DNA of 64,000 nt from a bacterium (lineage in GTDB: Bacteria; UBA8248). The translations under genes and the position numbers were made by a program. The stretch is taken from assembly GCA_965213625.1 (NCBI GenBank), contig CBDBZU010000004.1:3968001-4032000 (forward strand). The letters are read 5' to 3'. Below are positions 36,310 through 45,503 of this stretch, one piece after another. How positions within the stretch are numbered: position 1 is the stretch's first letter; the number at the start of each line of letters is the position of its first letter. The notes beneath the pieces were generated by a model. It worked only from the letters and a program-made list of their open reading frames with translations, ran no database searches and was not told the origin of the DNA.

Positions 36310-38955
36310 TTATGTCATTTTTTCAATGAGTCCGGGAACGGCGGCGAGGGCGTCGTCCACCTTTTCGACGTCTTTGCCGCCCGCTTGTGCGAAGTCCTGC
36401 CTGCCGCCTCCTCTGCCGCCGACGAGCGAAGCCACCTCTTTCACCAGATTGCCGGCATGAATGCGAGAGGTGAGGTCTTTCGTGACGCCCGCGGCGATGG
36501 CGACCTTCCCGTCCGTCACCGCGGCAACCACTGCGACGCCACTTTTAAGCTTGCCCTTTGCCGCGTCGATGATTCCGCGTAAATCGCCCGCCTGAAGACC
36601 GTCGCGCCTCACGGCGATGAGCTTAACGCCAGAAATTTCCTGGGCGTCAGAAGCCAGATCGCCCATCTCGTCGCGCGATTGCCTATCGCGCGAATCCTTG
36701 AGTTCACGCTCGAGCGTCTTCACGCGATCGAGCAGACGCCTCACACGCTCGGCCTCTTCCAGTGGCGCCGCCCTGGTCAGTTCCCCGATCTCGGAAAGCG
36801 CATGTTGTTCCTTTCGCGCCTGGAGAAGCGCGCCCTCGCCCGTCAAGGCCTCGATGCGCCTTACGCCGGCAGCCACGCTGCCCTCGTGCAGGATGCGGAA
36901 TAATCCGATGTCGCCGGCGGCGCGCGCGTGGGTGCCCCCGCAAAGCTCCATACTAAAATCTCCCACAGAGACGACCCGCACGTCCTCACCGTAACGCTCT
37001 CCGAAGAGCGCCGTCGCTCCTGCGGCCAACGCGTCGTCTATCGACATATGCCGCGTTTCCACGTTCGCGTTCTCGCGAATGCGCTCGTTCACGATGTCCT
37101 CCACCCTTTCGCGCTCACGGGCCGTCATCGCCGCGAAATGGGTGTAGTCGAACCGCAACCTCTCGGGCGAGAGATGAGAACCCGCCTGCTTGACGTGATC
37201 TCCCAAAACCTGACGCAGCGCGTATTGCAGTAAGTGGGTGGCCGAGTGGTTGCGCCTCAAAAGTTCGCGTCTATCTACGTCGATTCGCGCGGTGAGGCTC
37301 TGTCCTTTTTTGAGGGTTCCTTCCATCACCTTGACGTGATGGACGTATACATCGGGAAGCGGCTTCTGCGTATCGAGTACGACCCCGGCGCCATCGGACC
37401 AGGAGATCCCGCCCTTGTCGCCTTCTTGTCCACCCGCTTCGCCGTAAAACGGCGTTTTATCCAGAACGACGCGCGCCTCAACTCCCGTGCCGGCTTCATC
37501 GCTCAGCGCACCATCCACGATGAGGGCGCAGGCGCAGGCTTCTTCCTCATCGTGATCATAACCGGTGAATTCGCAGGCGCCGGCCTTATCGCGCACCTGA
37601 TGCCAGATTTCATCGACTGCGGCCTCACCCGAACCCTTCCAGTGGGCGCGGGCACGTTCACGCTGCTGCTCCATCGCCTCATCAAAACCGCCCTGGTCTA
37701 TATCGAGGTCGTGGTAGGCTGCCGTCTCCACCGCCAAATCCCATGGATAGCCATAGGTATCGAGCAGGGTGAACACCTCCCCGCCCGGGATTGTGGCACT
37801 GCCCGAAGACTTCACTTGATCCGCCAGCGCGTCCATACGCGGCTGGCCCTGCGCCAGAGTGTTGGCGAACCTCTCTTCTTCGGCCAGCGTGACGCGAGAG
37901 ATGTAACTCAAGCTCTCTCTCAGTTCGGGGAACGCATCGCCCATCATGTCGGCCACTACACCTGCTGTCTGATGCAGGAACGGACCATCGATGCCCAGCA
38001 TCCTGCCGTGGCGCAAGGCCCGCCTCGCCACGCGCCTTAACACGTAGCCCCGCCCCTCGTTGCTGGGTAATACGCCGTCCGCCACCAAAAAGCTGACCGC
38101 GCGAACGTGATCCGCAATGACGCGGAACGAAACGTCGTTCGGTGCGTCAGTGCCGGTGTATTCCTTGCCGCAACGCTCCTCGACTGAATGAATGAGCGGC
38201 ATCAGGAGATCGGTGTGGTAATTGCTGTCCTCTTTCTGCACCACCGCCGCGAGCCGCTCCAGTCCCATTCCCGTATCGACGGAGGGCTTGGGCAGCGGTT
38301 CCATTTTGCCCGAAGACTCCCGGTTAAACTGCATGAACACCAGGTTCCAGAGCTCGAGATAGCGATCCCCGTCTTCATCCTCGTGACCGCTGCCCGGTGG
38401 CGCACCGACGATGTGATCGCCCTGATCATAAATGAGCTCCGAGCAGGGGCCGCAGGGCCCGGTATCCCCCATCGCCCAAAAGTTGTCCTTCTCGTCCATG
38501 CGGACTATGCGCTCGGGCGGAACACCCACGATCCGCTCCCAAAGTTCTGCCGCCTCGTCGTCCTCCCGGAATACCGTGATCCACATGCGATCTCCGTCGA
38601 GCCCCACGCGATTGATCAGAAACTCCCAGCCGAACTCGATAGCATTTTCCTTGAAATACTGGCCGAAAGAGAAGTTGCCCAGCATTTCGAAAAACGTGTG
38701 ATGCCGGGCCGTTCGCCCGACGTTTTCGAGGTCGTTGTGCTTGCCGCTCACCCGCAGGCATTTCTGGGAACTCACCGCCCGGGAGTAGTCGCGCTTTTCC
38801 AGACCCGTGAACACGTCCTTGAACTGGACCATGCCGGCGTTGGTGAATAACAAGGTGGGATCGTTCATGGGCACCAGGCTGGAACTGCGTACGATCCTGT
38901 GCGCCTCGTCGGAGAAGAATTCGAGAAATTTTTGGCGGACCTCATTGCCCTTCAT
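36310..38955 (-). CDS. alaS: Alanine--tRNA ligase
   Basis: DPTLLFTNAGMVQFK, HHTFFEMLGNFSFG, DTGMGLER, HSATHLL and ELCGGTH. Confidence 0.99.
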   Translation of the reverse strand: MKGNEVRQKFLEFFSDEAHRIVRSSSLVPMNDPTLLFTNAGMVQFKDVFTGLEKRDYSRAVSSQKCLRVSGKHNDLENVGRTARHHTFFEMLGNFSFGQYFKENAIEFGWEFLINRVGLDGDRMWITVFREDDEAAELWERIVGVPPERIVRMDEKDNFWAMGDTGPCGPCSELIYDQGDHIVGAPPGSGHEDEDGDRYLELWNLVFMQFNRESSGKMEPLPKPSVDTGMGLERLAAVVQKEDSNYHTDLLMPLIHSVEERCGKEYTGTDAPNDVSFRVIADHVRAVSFLVADGVLPSNEGRGYVLRRVARRALRHGRMLGIDGPFLHQTAGVVADMMGDAFPELRESLSYISRVTLAEEERFANTLAQGQPRMDALADQVKSSGSATIPGGEVFTLLDTYGYPWDLAVETAAYHDLDIDQGGFDEAMEQQRERARAHWKGSGEAAVDEIWHQVRDKAGACEFTGYDHDEEEACACALIVDGALSDEAGTGVEARVVLDKTPFYGEAGGQEGDKGGISWSDGAGVVLDTQKPLPDVYVHHVKVMEGTLKKGQSLTARIDVDRRELLRRNHSATHLLQYALRQVLGDHVKQAGSHLSPERLRFDYTHFAAMTARERERVEDIVNERIRENANVETRHMSIDDALAAGATALFGERYGEDVRVVSVGDFSMELCGGTHARAAGDIGLFRILHEGSVAAGVRRIEALTGEGALLQARKEQHALSEIGELTRAAPLEEAERVRRLLDRVKTLERELKDSRDRQSRDEMGDLASDAQEISGVKLIAVRRDGLQAGDLRGIIDAAKGKLKSGVAVVAAVTDGKVAIAAGVTKDLTSRIHAGNLVKEVASLVGGRGGGRQDFAQAGGKDVEKVDDALAAVPGLIEKMT

Positions 38956-39022
38956 AAATTGATTTCTCCAAATTACGCTCTTTTATCTGAAAATCTTTGT
39001 GGCGAGAATACGCCTTCACGCT

Positions 39023-40651
39023 TCAGATGGCGACGTCTTGTTGATAAAGGCCGAATACTTCGCGCAGTGTGTCTGCGATCTCTCCGACAGTGGCCTCGGC
39101 CTGCACCGCTCTCAGGATGTAGGGCAGAAGATTGTCATCACCCCTGGCAGCGTGGCTCAAAGCGTCGAGCGCAAAGCTCGTTCTATCAGCGTGGCGCCGT
39201 ATTCTCAGCGAGGCGACGCGCTCTTTTTGCTCTCCCTCGACCTCCGGGCGAATCTGAAGCGTCGAGATGCGTGACTCTTCTTCCTGTTGATACTGGTTCA
39301 CGCCGACGACGACCATCTCCCCCTCATCGACGAGACGCTGGTAGGCATAGGCGCTTTCTTGAATCTGGCGTTGCACCCAACCCGTCTCGATGGCTTGGAG
39401 CATGCCGCCGGAATCGTCGATTTGCCGGATTAACTCCTCGGCACGGGAAACGATTTCCGACGTCAGCGCTTCGATGGCGTAGGCCCCCCCGCACGGATCC
39501 GCCACGTTCGGCACGTTCGATTCCTCGGCGATAATCTGCTGGGTTCTGAGCGCGAGCCTCGCCGCATCCTCCGTGGGCAGGGACAGCGCCTCGTCCATCG
39601 AATTCGTGTGAAGTGATTGCGTACCCCCCAGCACGGCGGCCATTGCCTGAAGTGCGACGCGCACGACGTTATTTTTCGGTTGTTGCGCGGTCAGCGCACT
39701 GCCGGCGGTCTGGGAGTGAAATCGCAGCATACAAGCCTTCTCCGAACGCGCCCCGAAGCGCTCGCGCATGATCCGCGCCCAAAGCCTTCTCGCGGCGCGG
39801 AATTTTGCGATTTCCTCCAGAAAATGATTATGGACGTTGAAGAAAAAAGATATCTGTGAAGCGAGCTCATCTACATTCAGGCCTGCGTCGACCGCGGCCT
39901 CCACATAGGTGATGGCATTCGCGAGCGTGAAGGCCACCTCCTGAACTGCGGTCGAGCCCGCCTCGCGGATGTGGTAGCCGCTGATCGATATGGCGTTCCA
40001 TTTGGGAACCCTGTCCTTGCAGAACTCCATGGTATCGGTGATCAGGCGCAGGCTCGCCTCGGGCGGATAAATATAAGTTCCGCGCGATATGTATTCCTTC
40101 AAGATGTCGTTCTGGACGGTTCCCCGGAGCGCTTCGGAGGGAATGCCGTGCTTCTCGGCCACCGCGACGTAGAGGGCCAGTAAAATGGGCGCGGTGGCGT
40201 TGATGGTCATCGACGTGGAAATCTTGTCCAGAGGGATGTCTTCGAGAAGAACCTCCATGTCCTCGATGGAGGCGATGGATACCCCCACGCGGCCCACTTC
40301 GCCGTATACCAGGGGATGATCGGGGTCGTAACCTATCTGGGTGGGCAGATCGAACGCCACGGAGATTCCCATCTGCCCGTGATCTAGGAGGTAGCGATAG
40401 CGGTGGTTGCTCTCCCGCGCGCTGCCGAAACCGGCGTATTGGCGCATCGTCCAGAGCCTGCCCCGGTACATATTTCCGTAGATGCCCCGTGTATAGGGAT
40501 GCGCGCCCGGCTCCTCGGCGAGGTTTTCCGAATCCACCTCTCCCGGTCCGAAATACGCCGGAAGCGTGATGCCAGAGAGGGTAGATCGACCCTCTTCTTC
40601 GGCACGTTCACTCCAGGCCCTTTGGGCCATGGCGATGCTCGGCTCGCTCAT
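39023..40651 (-). CDS. Methylmalonyl-CoA mutase, substrate-binding (large) subunit without the B12 domain
   Basis: [38 protein letters not shown] and GGTQSLHTN. Start reassigned to MSEPS at 40651. Confidence 0.93.
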   Translation of the reverse strand: MSEPSIAMAQRAWSERAEEEGRSTLSGITLPAYFGPGEVDSENLAEEPGAHPYTRGIYGNMYRGRLWTMRQYAGFGSARESNHRYRYLLDHGQMGISVAFDLPTQIGYDPDHPLVYGEVGRVGVSIASIEDMEVLLEDIPLDKISTSMTINATAPILLALYVAVAEKHGIPSEALRGTVQNDILKEYISRGTYIYPPEASLRLITDTMEFCKDRVPKWNAISISGYHIREAGSTAVQEVAFTLANAITYVEAAVDAGLNVDELASQISFFFNVHNHFLEEIAKFRAARRLWARIMRERFGARSEKACMLRFHSQTAGSALTAQQPKNNVVRVALQAMAAVLGGTQSLHTNSMDEALSLPTEDAARLALRTQQIIAEESNVPNVADPCGGAYAIEALTSEIVSRAEELIRQIDDSGGMLQAIETGWVQRQIQESAYAYQRLVDEGEMVVVGVNQYQQEEESRISTLQIRPEVEGEQKERVASLRIRRHADRTSFALDALSHAARGDDNLLPYILRAVQAEATVGEIADTLREVFGLYQQDVAI

Positions 40652-40846
40652 CCTGGACCCCAAAAAAAAAGAGAACTCGGAAAACGACTTGGTCTTTAAG
40701 GAAAATAAAATAGCATATTTGCGCATAATCAGACCAGCTAGAGGCGGATTGCATGACCCTTGCAGGGAGCGATAGCGCCGGATGTTACGCCTCCTGGACA
40801 TTCCTCGTGAATTCCAAAAACAAACGATTCAAGCTACAATTTTCAC

Positions 40847-41452
40847 ATGACTACCTATCGCCTGCCCCTGTTCCCGCTTCAAGTCGTACTCCTGCCGGGA
40901 CAGCGACTGCCCCTGCACATATTTGAGGAACGCTACAAAATCATGATCGGCGAGTGCGTTGAAGATGAGTCCCTCTTCGGTGTTGTTCTCGTGGGTAAAG
41001 GCGGCATCCACAAAATCGGATGCACGGCTCGCATCACGCAGGTGCTCGAAAGGTTTCCCGACGGCAGGATGAACATCCTCACCCAAGGAGAGAAGCGCTT
41101 CGAGGTTTATCGCGTATATGACACCCGGCCCTATTTCGAGGGGGAGGTGAGCGATTTTCATGATGAGGAAGGGGACGACTCCACGGAATTATGCCGCATG
41201 GTGTGGGAGGCTCTCGAAAAAAGTGGTTCGGCGCCCCCGAACCTGCCCGAGGAGTTGCTTGAAGATCCGTTCCGGCTCTCTTTCTCCGTCGCCGAGGTTC
41301 TCAGGCTGCCGCTTCGTGAAAAGCAGTCATTCCTGGGATCGCGCTCCCTCAGGTGGAGACTGAAACGTTTGCTCGCGTTTCTCAGAAAGGATAAACCTTC
41401 CAGATTCAACATCACCGACTACGAGAAGTCCGCCCATAGGAACGGGCACTGA
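40847..41452 (+). CDS. Stand-alone Lon protease N-terminal (substrate-binding) domain protein
   Basis: LPLFPLQVVLLPGQRLPLHIFEERY and DGRMNI. Confidence 0.9.
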   Translation: MTTYRLPLFPLQVVLLPGQRLPLHIFEERYKIMIGECVEDESLFGVVLVGKGGIHKIGCTARITQVLERFPDGRMNILTQGEKRFEVYRVYDTRPYFEGEVSDFHDEEGDDSTELCRMVWEALEKSGSAPPNLPEELLEDPFRLSFSVAEVLRLPLREKQSFLGSRSLRWRLKRLLAFLRKDKPSRFNITDYEKSAHRNGH

Positions 41453-41489
41453 AACCCTTTTGGGGTTGAAGGGTAATTGAGCGTGATCC

Positions 41490-42275
41490 CTAGCCCTCTC
41501 CCTCCAGTACCTGGACGCGCTCGATGGAAAGCGCCTTCCCGGTATCCGGGGCTATCTCGACGAGCGCGCCGTTGAGCTGCCCATCCCCTCCGGCCACCTC
41601 GAAGCGACGCGGTAGCCCGGATATGAATTTATCCAGAACAATCTCCGTTTTCATGCCGATGATGGAGTTGCGCGGCCCTGTCATACCGACGTCCGTGATG
41701 AATGCCGTGCCCTTGGGCAGCACCCGCTCATCCGCCGTCTGAATGTGGGTATGTGTGCCGAAGACGGCGCTCACGCGGCCGTCGAGATGCCAGCCCATGG
41801 CCACCTTCTCGCTCGTGGCCTCCGCGTGAAAATCGACCATGATCATTTTCGTCTCCGGGCTCACCCGCCTGATGAGATCATCGGCTTCTCTGAATGGACA
41901 TTCGATGGGCGGCATGAAAACACGACCCATGAGATTCAAGACGGCGAGGCTTCCTTTTGCGGATTCCAGGACGAAGATACCCTTGCCCGGCGTTCGGGGA
42001 GGGTAGTTCCCGGGTCTGAGCAGGCGGGGTTCACGCAAGATGAAATCGGCCGTCTCTTTACGGTTCCAGATGTGATTCCCCGATGTGATGACGTCCGCGC
42101 CCGCATCGAGCAATTCATCGACGTGCGCGTTGTTGATCCCGAAGCCACCGGCCGCGTTTTCCCCGTTGATGACGCACACGTCGACTTCGTGTTTTTCCTT
42201 GAGCGCACCCAAGTGGGCGCATGCCATGCGGCGTCCCACTTTTCCCGTGATATCTCCGACAAACAAAAGCCTCAA
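41490..42275 (-). CDS. ymdB: YmdB metallophosphoesterase
   Basis: GDITG, NGENAAGG, TSGNHIW, DFHAEATSEK and GTHTH. Confidence 0.95.
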   Translation of the reverse strand: MRLLFVGDITGKVGRRMACAHLGALKEKHEVDVCVINGENAAGGFGINNAHVDELLDAGADVITSGNHIWNRKETADFILREPRLLRPGNYPPRTPGKGIFVLESAKGSLAVLNLMGRVFMPPIECPFREADDLIRRVSPETKMIMVDFHAEATSEKVAMGWHLDGRVSAVFGTHTHIQTADERVLPKGTAFITDVGMTGPRNSIIGMKTEIVLDKFISGLPRRFEVAGGDGQLNGALVEIAPDTGKALSIERVQVLEGEG

Positions 42276-42282
42276 GACTACC

Positions 42283-43866
42283 TCAACGCGCAGTGGCCAT
42301 GTGGCGGGTTTCGCGAATGACGGTCACGAGTATCTCGCCCGGATACGTGCGTTCGCTTTCGATCCTCTTGGCGATGTCCCGCGCCAGGAAGGTCGCCTGC
42401 GAATCGGTAATCTCATCGGGCAGGACCGACACGCGAATCTCCCGGCCTGCCTGTATGGCGAAGCACTTCTCCACGCCATTGAAGGATTCAGCGATTTTCT
42501 CGAGCGCCTCCAGGCGCTTGATGTAGCTCTCCACCATCTCGCGCCTCGCCCCCGGCCGGGCGGCGGATAGCGTATCGGCCGCCTTCACAAGGACGGATTC
42601 GATGCAATTCGCCTCCTCGTCCTCATGGTGGGAGACGATGGCGTTCAAGACCTCGGGGGGTTCGTTGTAGCGCTTGGCAATGTCGTAGCCTATCTGGACA
42701 TGGGAGCCCTCGACCTCATGCGTCGCCGCCTTACCGATGTCATGAAACAAGCCGGCACGCTTCGCCATCGTGGGGTCGATTCGCAGCTCATCGGCCAGCA
42801 TGCCGGATAGATAGGCCACTTCCTTGGAGTGCATGAGCGCATTCTGGCTGTAGCTCGTTCGGTATTTAAGACGCCCCAGCATTTTCACGAGTTCAGGATG
42901 AACGTCGCCGACGCCGAGTTCCATCACGGCCTCCTCTCCCGCCTGGCGGATCTGGGAGTCGATGTCTCTTTTCGTCTTGTTGACGATGTCCTCGATTCTA
43001 CCCGGGTGGATTCGCCCGTCCTGCACGAGCGCTTCGAGCGCCAGGCGCGCCGTCTCGCGGCGAACCTTGTCGAAGCCCGAGACGACGACGGCCTCGGGCG
43101 TATCGTCGATGATCACGTCCACGCCGGTCGCCATCTCGAGGGCGCGTATGTTCCGGCCCTCGCGGCCGATGATGCGGCCTTTCATCTCATCGGTCGGCAA
43201 ATCCACCACACTCACCAGATTTTCCGCCACGTGCTCGGAGGAGAAGCGCTCCACGGCCAGGGCGAGCGCCTTTTTCGCCTCGGCATCCACGGTGTTCCTG
43301 GCCCGGCGTTCGAGACGCTGCACCTCGGCGGCGATGTCCTGTTTCGCCTCCTCCATAAAGCGATCCTTGAGTTCTTTCTTCGCGTTCTCGACGCTGAGGC
43401 CCGAAATTTCCTCGAGCTTTTTTATCTCCTCATCCTGGAGTTGCTTGTAGCGCGCCTCCTCACGCTTCAGTTCCTGTTCCTTTACGCTCAACTCGGCATC
43501 GCGGCGCTCGACCGCCGCCTCTTTGCCGTCGAGGTTCTCGCGGCGCCTGTCCAGTATTTCTTCGCGCTGGTTCACCCTTTGTTCGAACTTTTGAAGTTCA
43601 TCCACGCGGGATTTGTTCTCCCGCTCAATGCGCTCTCTCTCCTGCAGCAACTCCGCCTTGTGCGCGACCTGCGACTCCTGAATCTTTTGTGAGAGTTCCT
43701 TGGCCGCGCTCTCGTTGATCTGCTGAACCCGCTTATCGGCGTCCGCCTCCAAGCGGGCGACCGTCTCTTCATTCCGGCGCTTCATCGACCGCATGCTCAC
43801 AAACATCGCCACGCACACGACGGCAACTGCAACAACGGTTATCTGCAACAAAACCACGTTATCCAT
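42283..43866 (-). CDS. rny: Ribonuclease Y
   Basis: N-terminal TM segment, coiled coil, KH domain (MKGRIIGREGRNIR) and HD domain (FHDIGK). Confidence 0.98.
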   Translation of the reverse strand: MDNVVLLQITVVAVAVVCVAMFVSMRSMKRRNEETVARLEADADKRVQQINESAAKELSQKIQESQVAHKAELLQERERIERENKSRVDELQKFEQRVNQREEILDRRRENLDGKEAAVERRDAELSVKEQELKREEARYKQLQDEEIKKLEEISGLSVENAKKELKDRFMEEAKQDIAAEVQRLERRARNTVDAEAKKALALAVERFSSEHVAENLVSVVDLPTDEMKGRIIGREGRNIRALEMATGVDVIIDDTPEAVVVSGFDKVRRETARLALEALVQDGRIHPGRIEDIVNKTKRDIDSQIRQAGEEAVMELGVGDVHPELVKMLGRLKYRTSYSQNALMHSKEVAYLSGMLADELRIDPTMAKRAGLFHDIGKAATHEVEGSHVQIGYDIAKRYNEPPEVLNAIVSHHEDEEANCIESVLVKAADTLSAARPGARREMVESYIKRLEALEKIAESFNGVEKCFAIQAGREIRVSVLPDEITDSQATFLARDIAKRIESERTYPGEILVTVIRETRHMATAR

Positions 43867-43875
43867 ATTCGCCTC

Positions 43876-44493
43876 CTAGGGCATATATTCACGTGGGAGG
43901 CAACGCAGCGCCCCCCGATCGGTTATCACCCAATCAACGTCGACATCCCAAGCTTCATGCTTCCAGGATTTACCGACGAGCAACTGAAACGCAAAACCGG
44001 CGCCAACCAGCAGAGGGCCGGACCCTCCCACGCCGCCTTGGCGCCCCTGAAAAGTGCGATCATAGTACCCGCCGCCGGTTCCCAGGCGACCGCCGTACAG
44101 ATCGAACGCAAGGCCGGGGATTACGACCACATCGAGTTCGTTCACATCCAGGGGAGAAATATCGCGAACTGGTTCTGGAATTTGAAGCGTGCCTGGCTGA
44201 AGCTCCACCTCGGGATGATTCACCGGACAGAAGTGCAAAACATCTTTCCCCACCCGGGGGAAGCAAAATATCCTTTTCGAATCGTTGCCTTCACTCCAGA
44301 GCGATGAAAAATCCATCTCACCGCGAACCGCCGCATATATCCCCACCCTGCGCGCGCCCATGAAAACCAGCAATGCAGCCAAGCGCCGTCCCGCCAAGCG
44401 GCTCAACACGCCGGCCTCGGCAGGGGGAAATTGTTCTCTCATCTCCTTCATTTTCAGCCGAACGTCACATTTCTCCATGTATGATTCGGCCAT
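43876..44493 (-). CDS. ygfA: 5-formyltetrahydrofolate cyclo-ligase
   Basis: IPEP, PGLAFD, RLGTGGGYYDR and WDVDVD. Confidence 0.92.
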   Translation of the reverse strand: MAESYMEKCDVRLKMKEMREQFPPAEAGVLSRLAGRRLAALLVFMGARRVGIYAAVRGEMDFSSLWSEGNDSKRIFCFPRVGKDVLHFCPVNHPEVELQPGTLQIPEPVRDISPLDVNELDVVVIPGLAFDLYGGRLGTGGGYYDRTFQGRQGGVGGSGPLLVGAGFAFQLLVGKSWKHEAWDVDVDWVITDRGALRCLPREYMP

Positions 44494-44575
44494 GAATCCT
44501 CTTTCAACGCCAAATCCGAGTCTTCATGAGCAGGAGCGGAAATTCCATCTGCAGACTCGAGGTCCATATCTATAA

Positions 44576-44755
44576 TGACCCCGCCTTGTGCCGTGTGAGG
44601 TTCGCTTTGAACCCAGCTTTCGCCAGGTGGGCGTCCACGTCCATGGCTTTAGGCCGAACTCCCCGAGAGGAATAGCTCACCACCGTGGGGCAGGACTCCC
44701 GGTACATTAGTACTGGGTCAAAATGCTTTCCCCCATCACGAACACGGCAGGGTCA
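44576..44755 (-). ncRNA. ssrS: 6S RNA
   Basis: About 180 nt with complementary ends (UGACCCUGCCGUGUUCGU... / ...CACGGCACAAGGCGGGGUCA), in the conserved zapA-ssrS-ygfA position. Confidence 0.9.
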
Positions 44756-44831
44756 AAGCAAAAGAGTATTATGACACTAAAATCTGGGGATGAATACAGG
44801 GAAAAGCCATCGCGTGGGAAGAAACTTCTGT

Positions 44832-45110
44832 TCAGCCCGCTTTTCTCACCATCTCCAACAGAGAATCAGCGCGCTGCGAGAGGGTTTCCTCGCTTTCTTC
44901 ATTCGATTTTCTCTGCTCGAACAACTCATTGGCGATGTTCATCGACGCCAGCAGAACGACCTTTATCGGATCATTCGATTGGCGTGAAACCTTGTGAATT
45001 TGAGAATCAACATATTCGGCGAGTTGCAACGTGTATTCCGAGTCGGCCGAACTTCTCAGGTTCAGTGAATGACCAAATATCTCCACCACGAATTTATTCT
45101 CCCCGGCCAT
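44832..45110 (-). CDS. zapA: Cell division protein ZapA
   Basis: VEIFG...LAEYVD...VLLASMNIANEL. Confidence 0.93.
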   Translation of the reverse strand: MAGENKFVVEIFGHSLNLRSSADSEYTLQLAEYVDSQIHKVSRQSNDPIKVVLLASMNIANELFEQRKSNEESEETLSQRADSLLEMVRKAG

Positions 45111-45152
45111 AAGCTGTCTCCTTATGCCGTTATACTGCAGACCTGCGTCAAA

Positions 45153-45407
45153 CTACTCGATGTGCGTCAAAATCTTCTCCACGCGCTCTCGAACCTCGTC
45201 CTGCTCTTTTTGAAGCCGCACGTTTTCCGCCTGGCATTTCGCCAATTCGTCGGCCTGAGCGCGCACGGACTCCGTATCGGAGCGGGCCTCTTCTCTCATC
45301 CTCTGTAGCTGCGACTCCAATTCCGCCCGGGAGCGCCTAAGAGAGTTGCGTTCCTCCAAAAGATTCGAGAGCGCTGTTTCTAGCGCGTTTAATTTATCAA
45401 TGACCAT
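45153..45407 (-). CDS. zapB: ZapB-like coiled-coil protein
   Basis: Short all-coiled-coil protein (LNALE...VRERVEKIL) upstream of zapA. Confidence 0.75.
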   Translation of the reverse strand: MVIDKLNALETALSNLLEERNSLRRSRAELESQLQRMREEARSDTESVRAQADELAKCQAENVRLQKEQDEVRERVEKILTHIE

Positions 45408-45466
45408 TCTGACACTCTTTCCACGGGCGCAAGACAAGAAATGAGTTTCGATGATGCTAGAAAATA

Positions 45467-45495
45467 ATTCTAGGTTCGGAAAAATGCGGTGTCAA
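45467..45495 (-). promoter_or_regulatory. sigma70 promoter for zapB-zapA
   Basis: TTGACA-17-TAGAAT. Confidence 0.75.
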
Positions 45496-45503
45496 GGAAA
45501 CTA

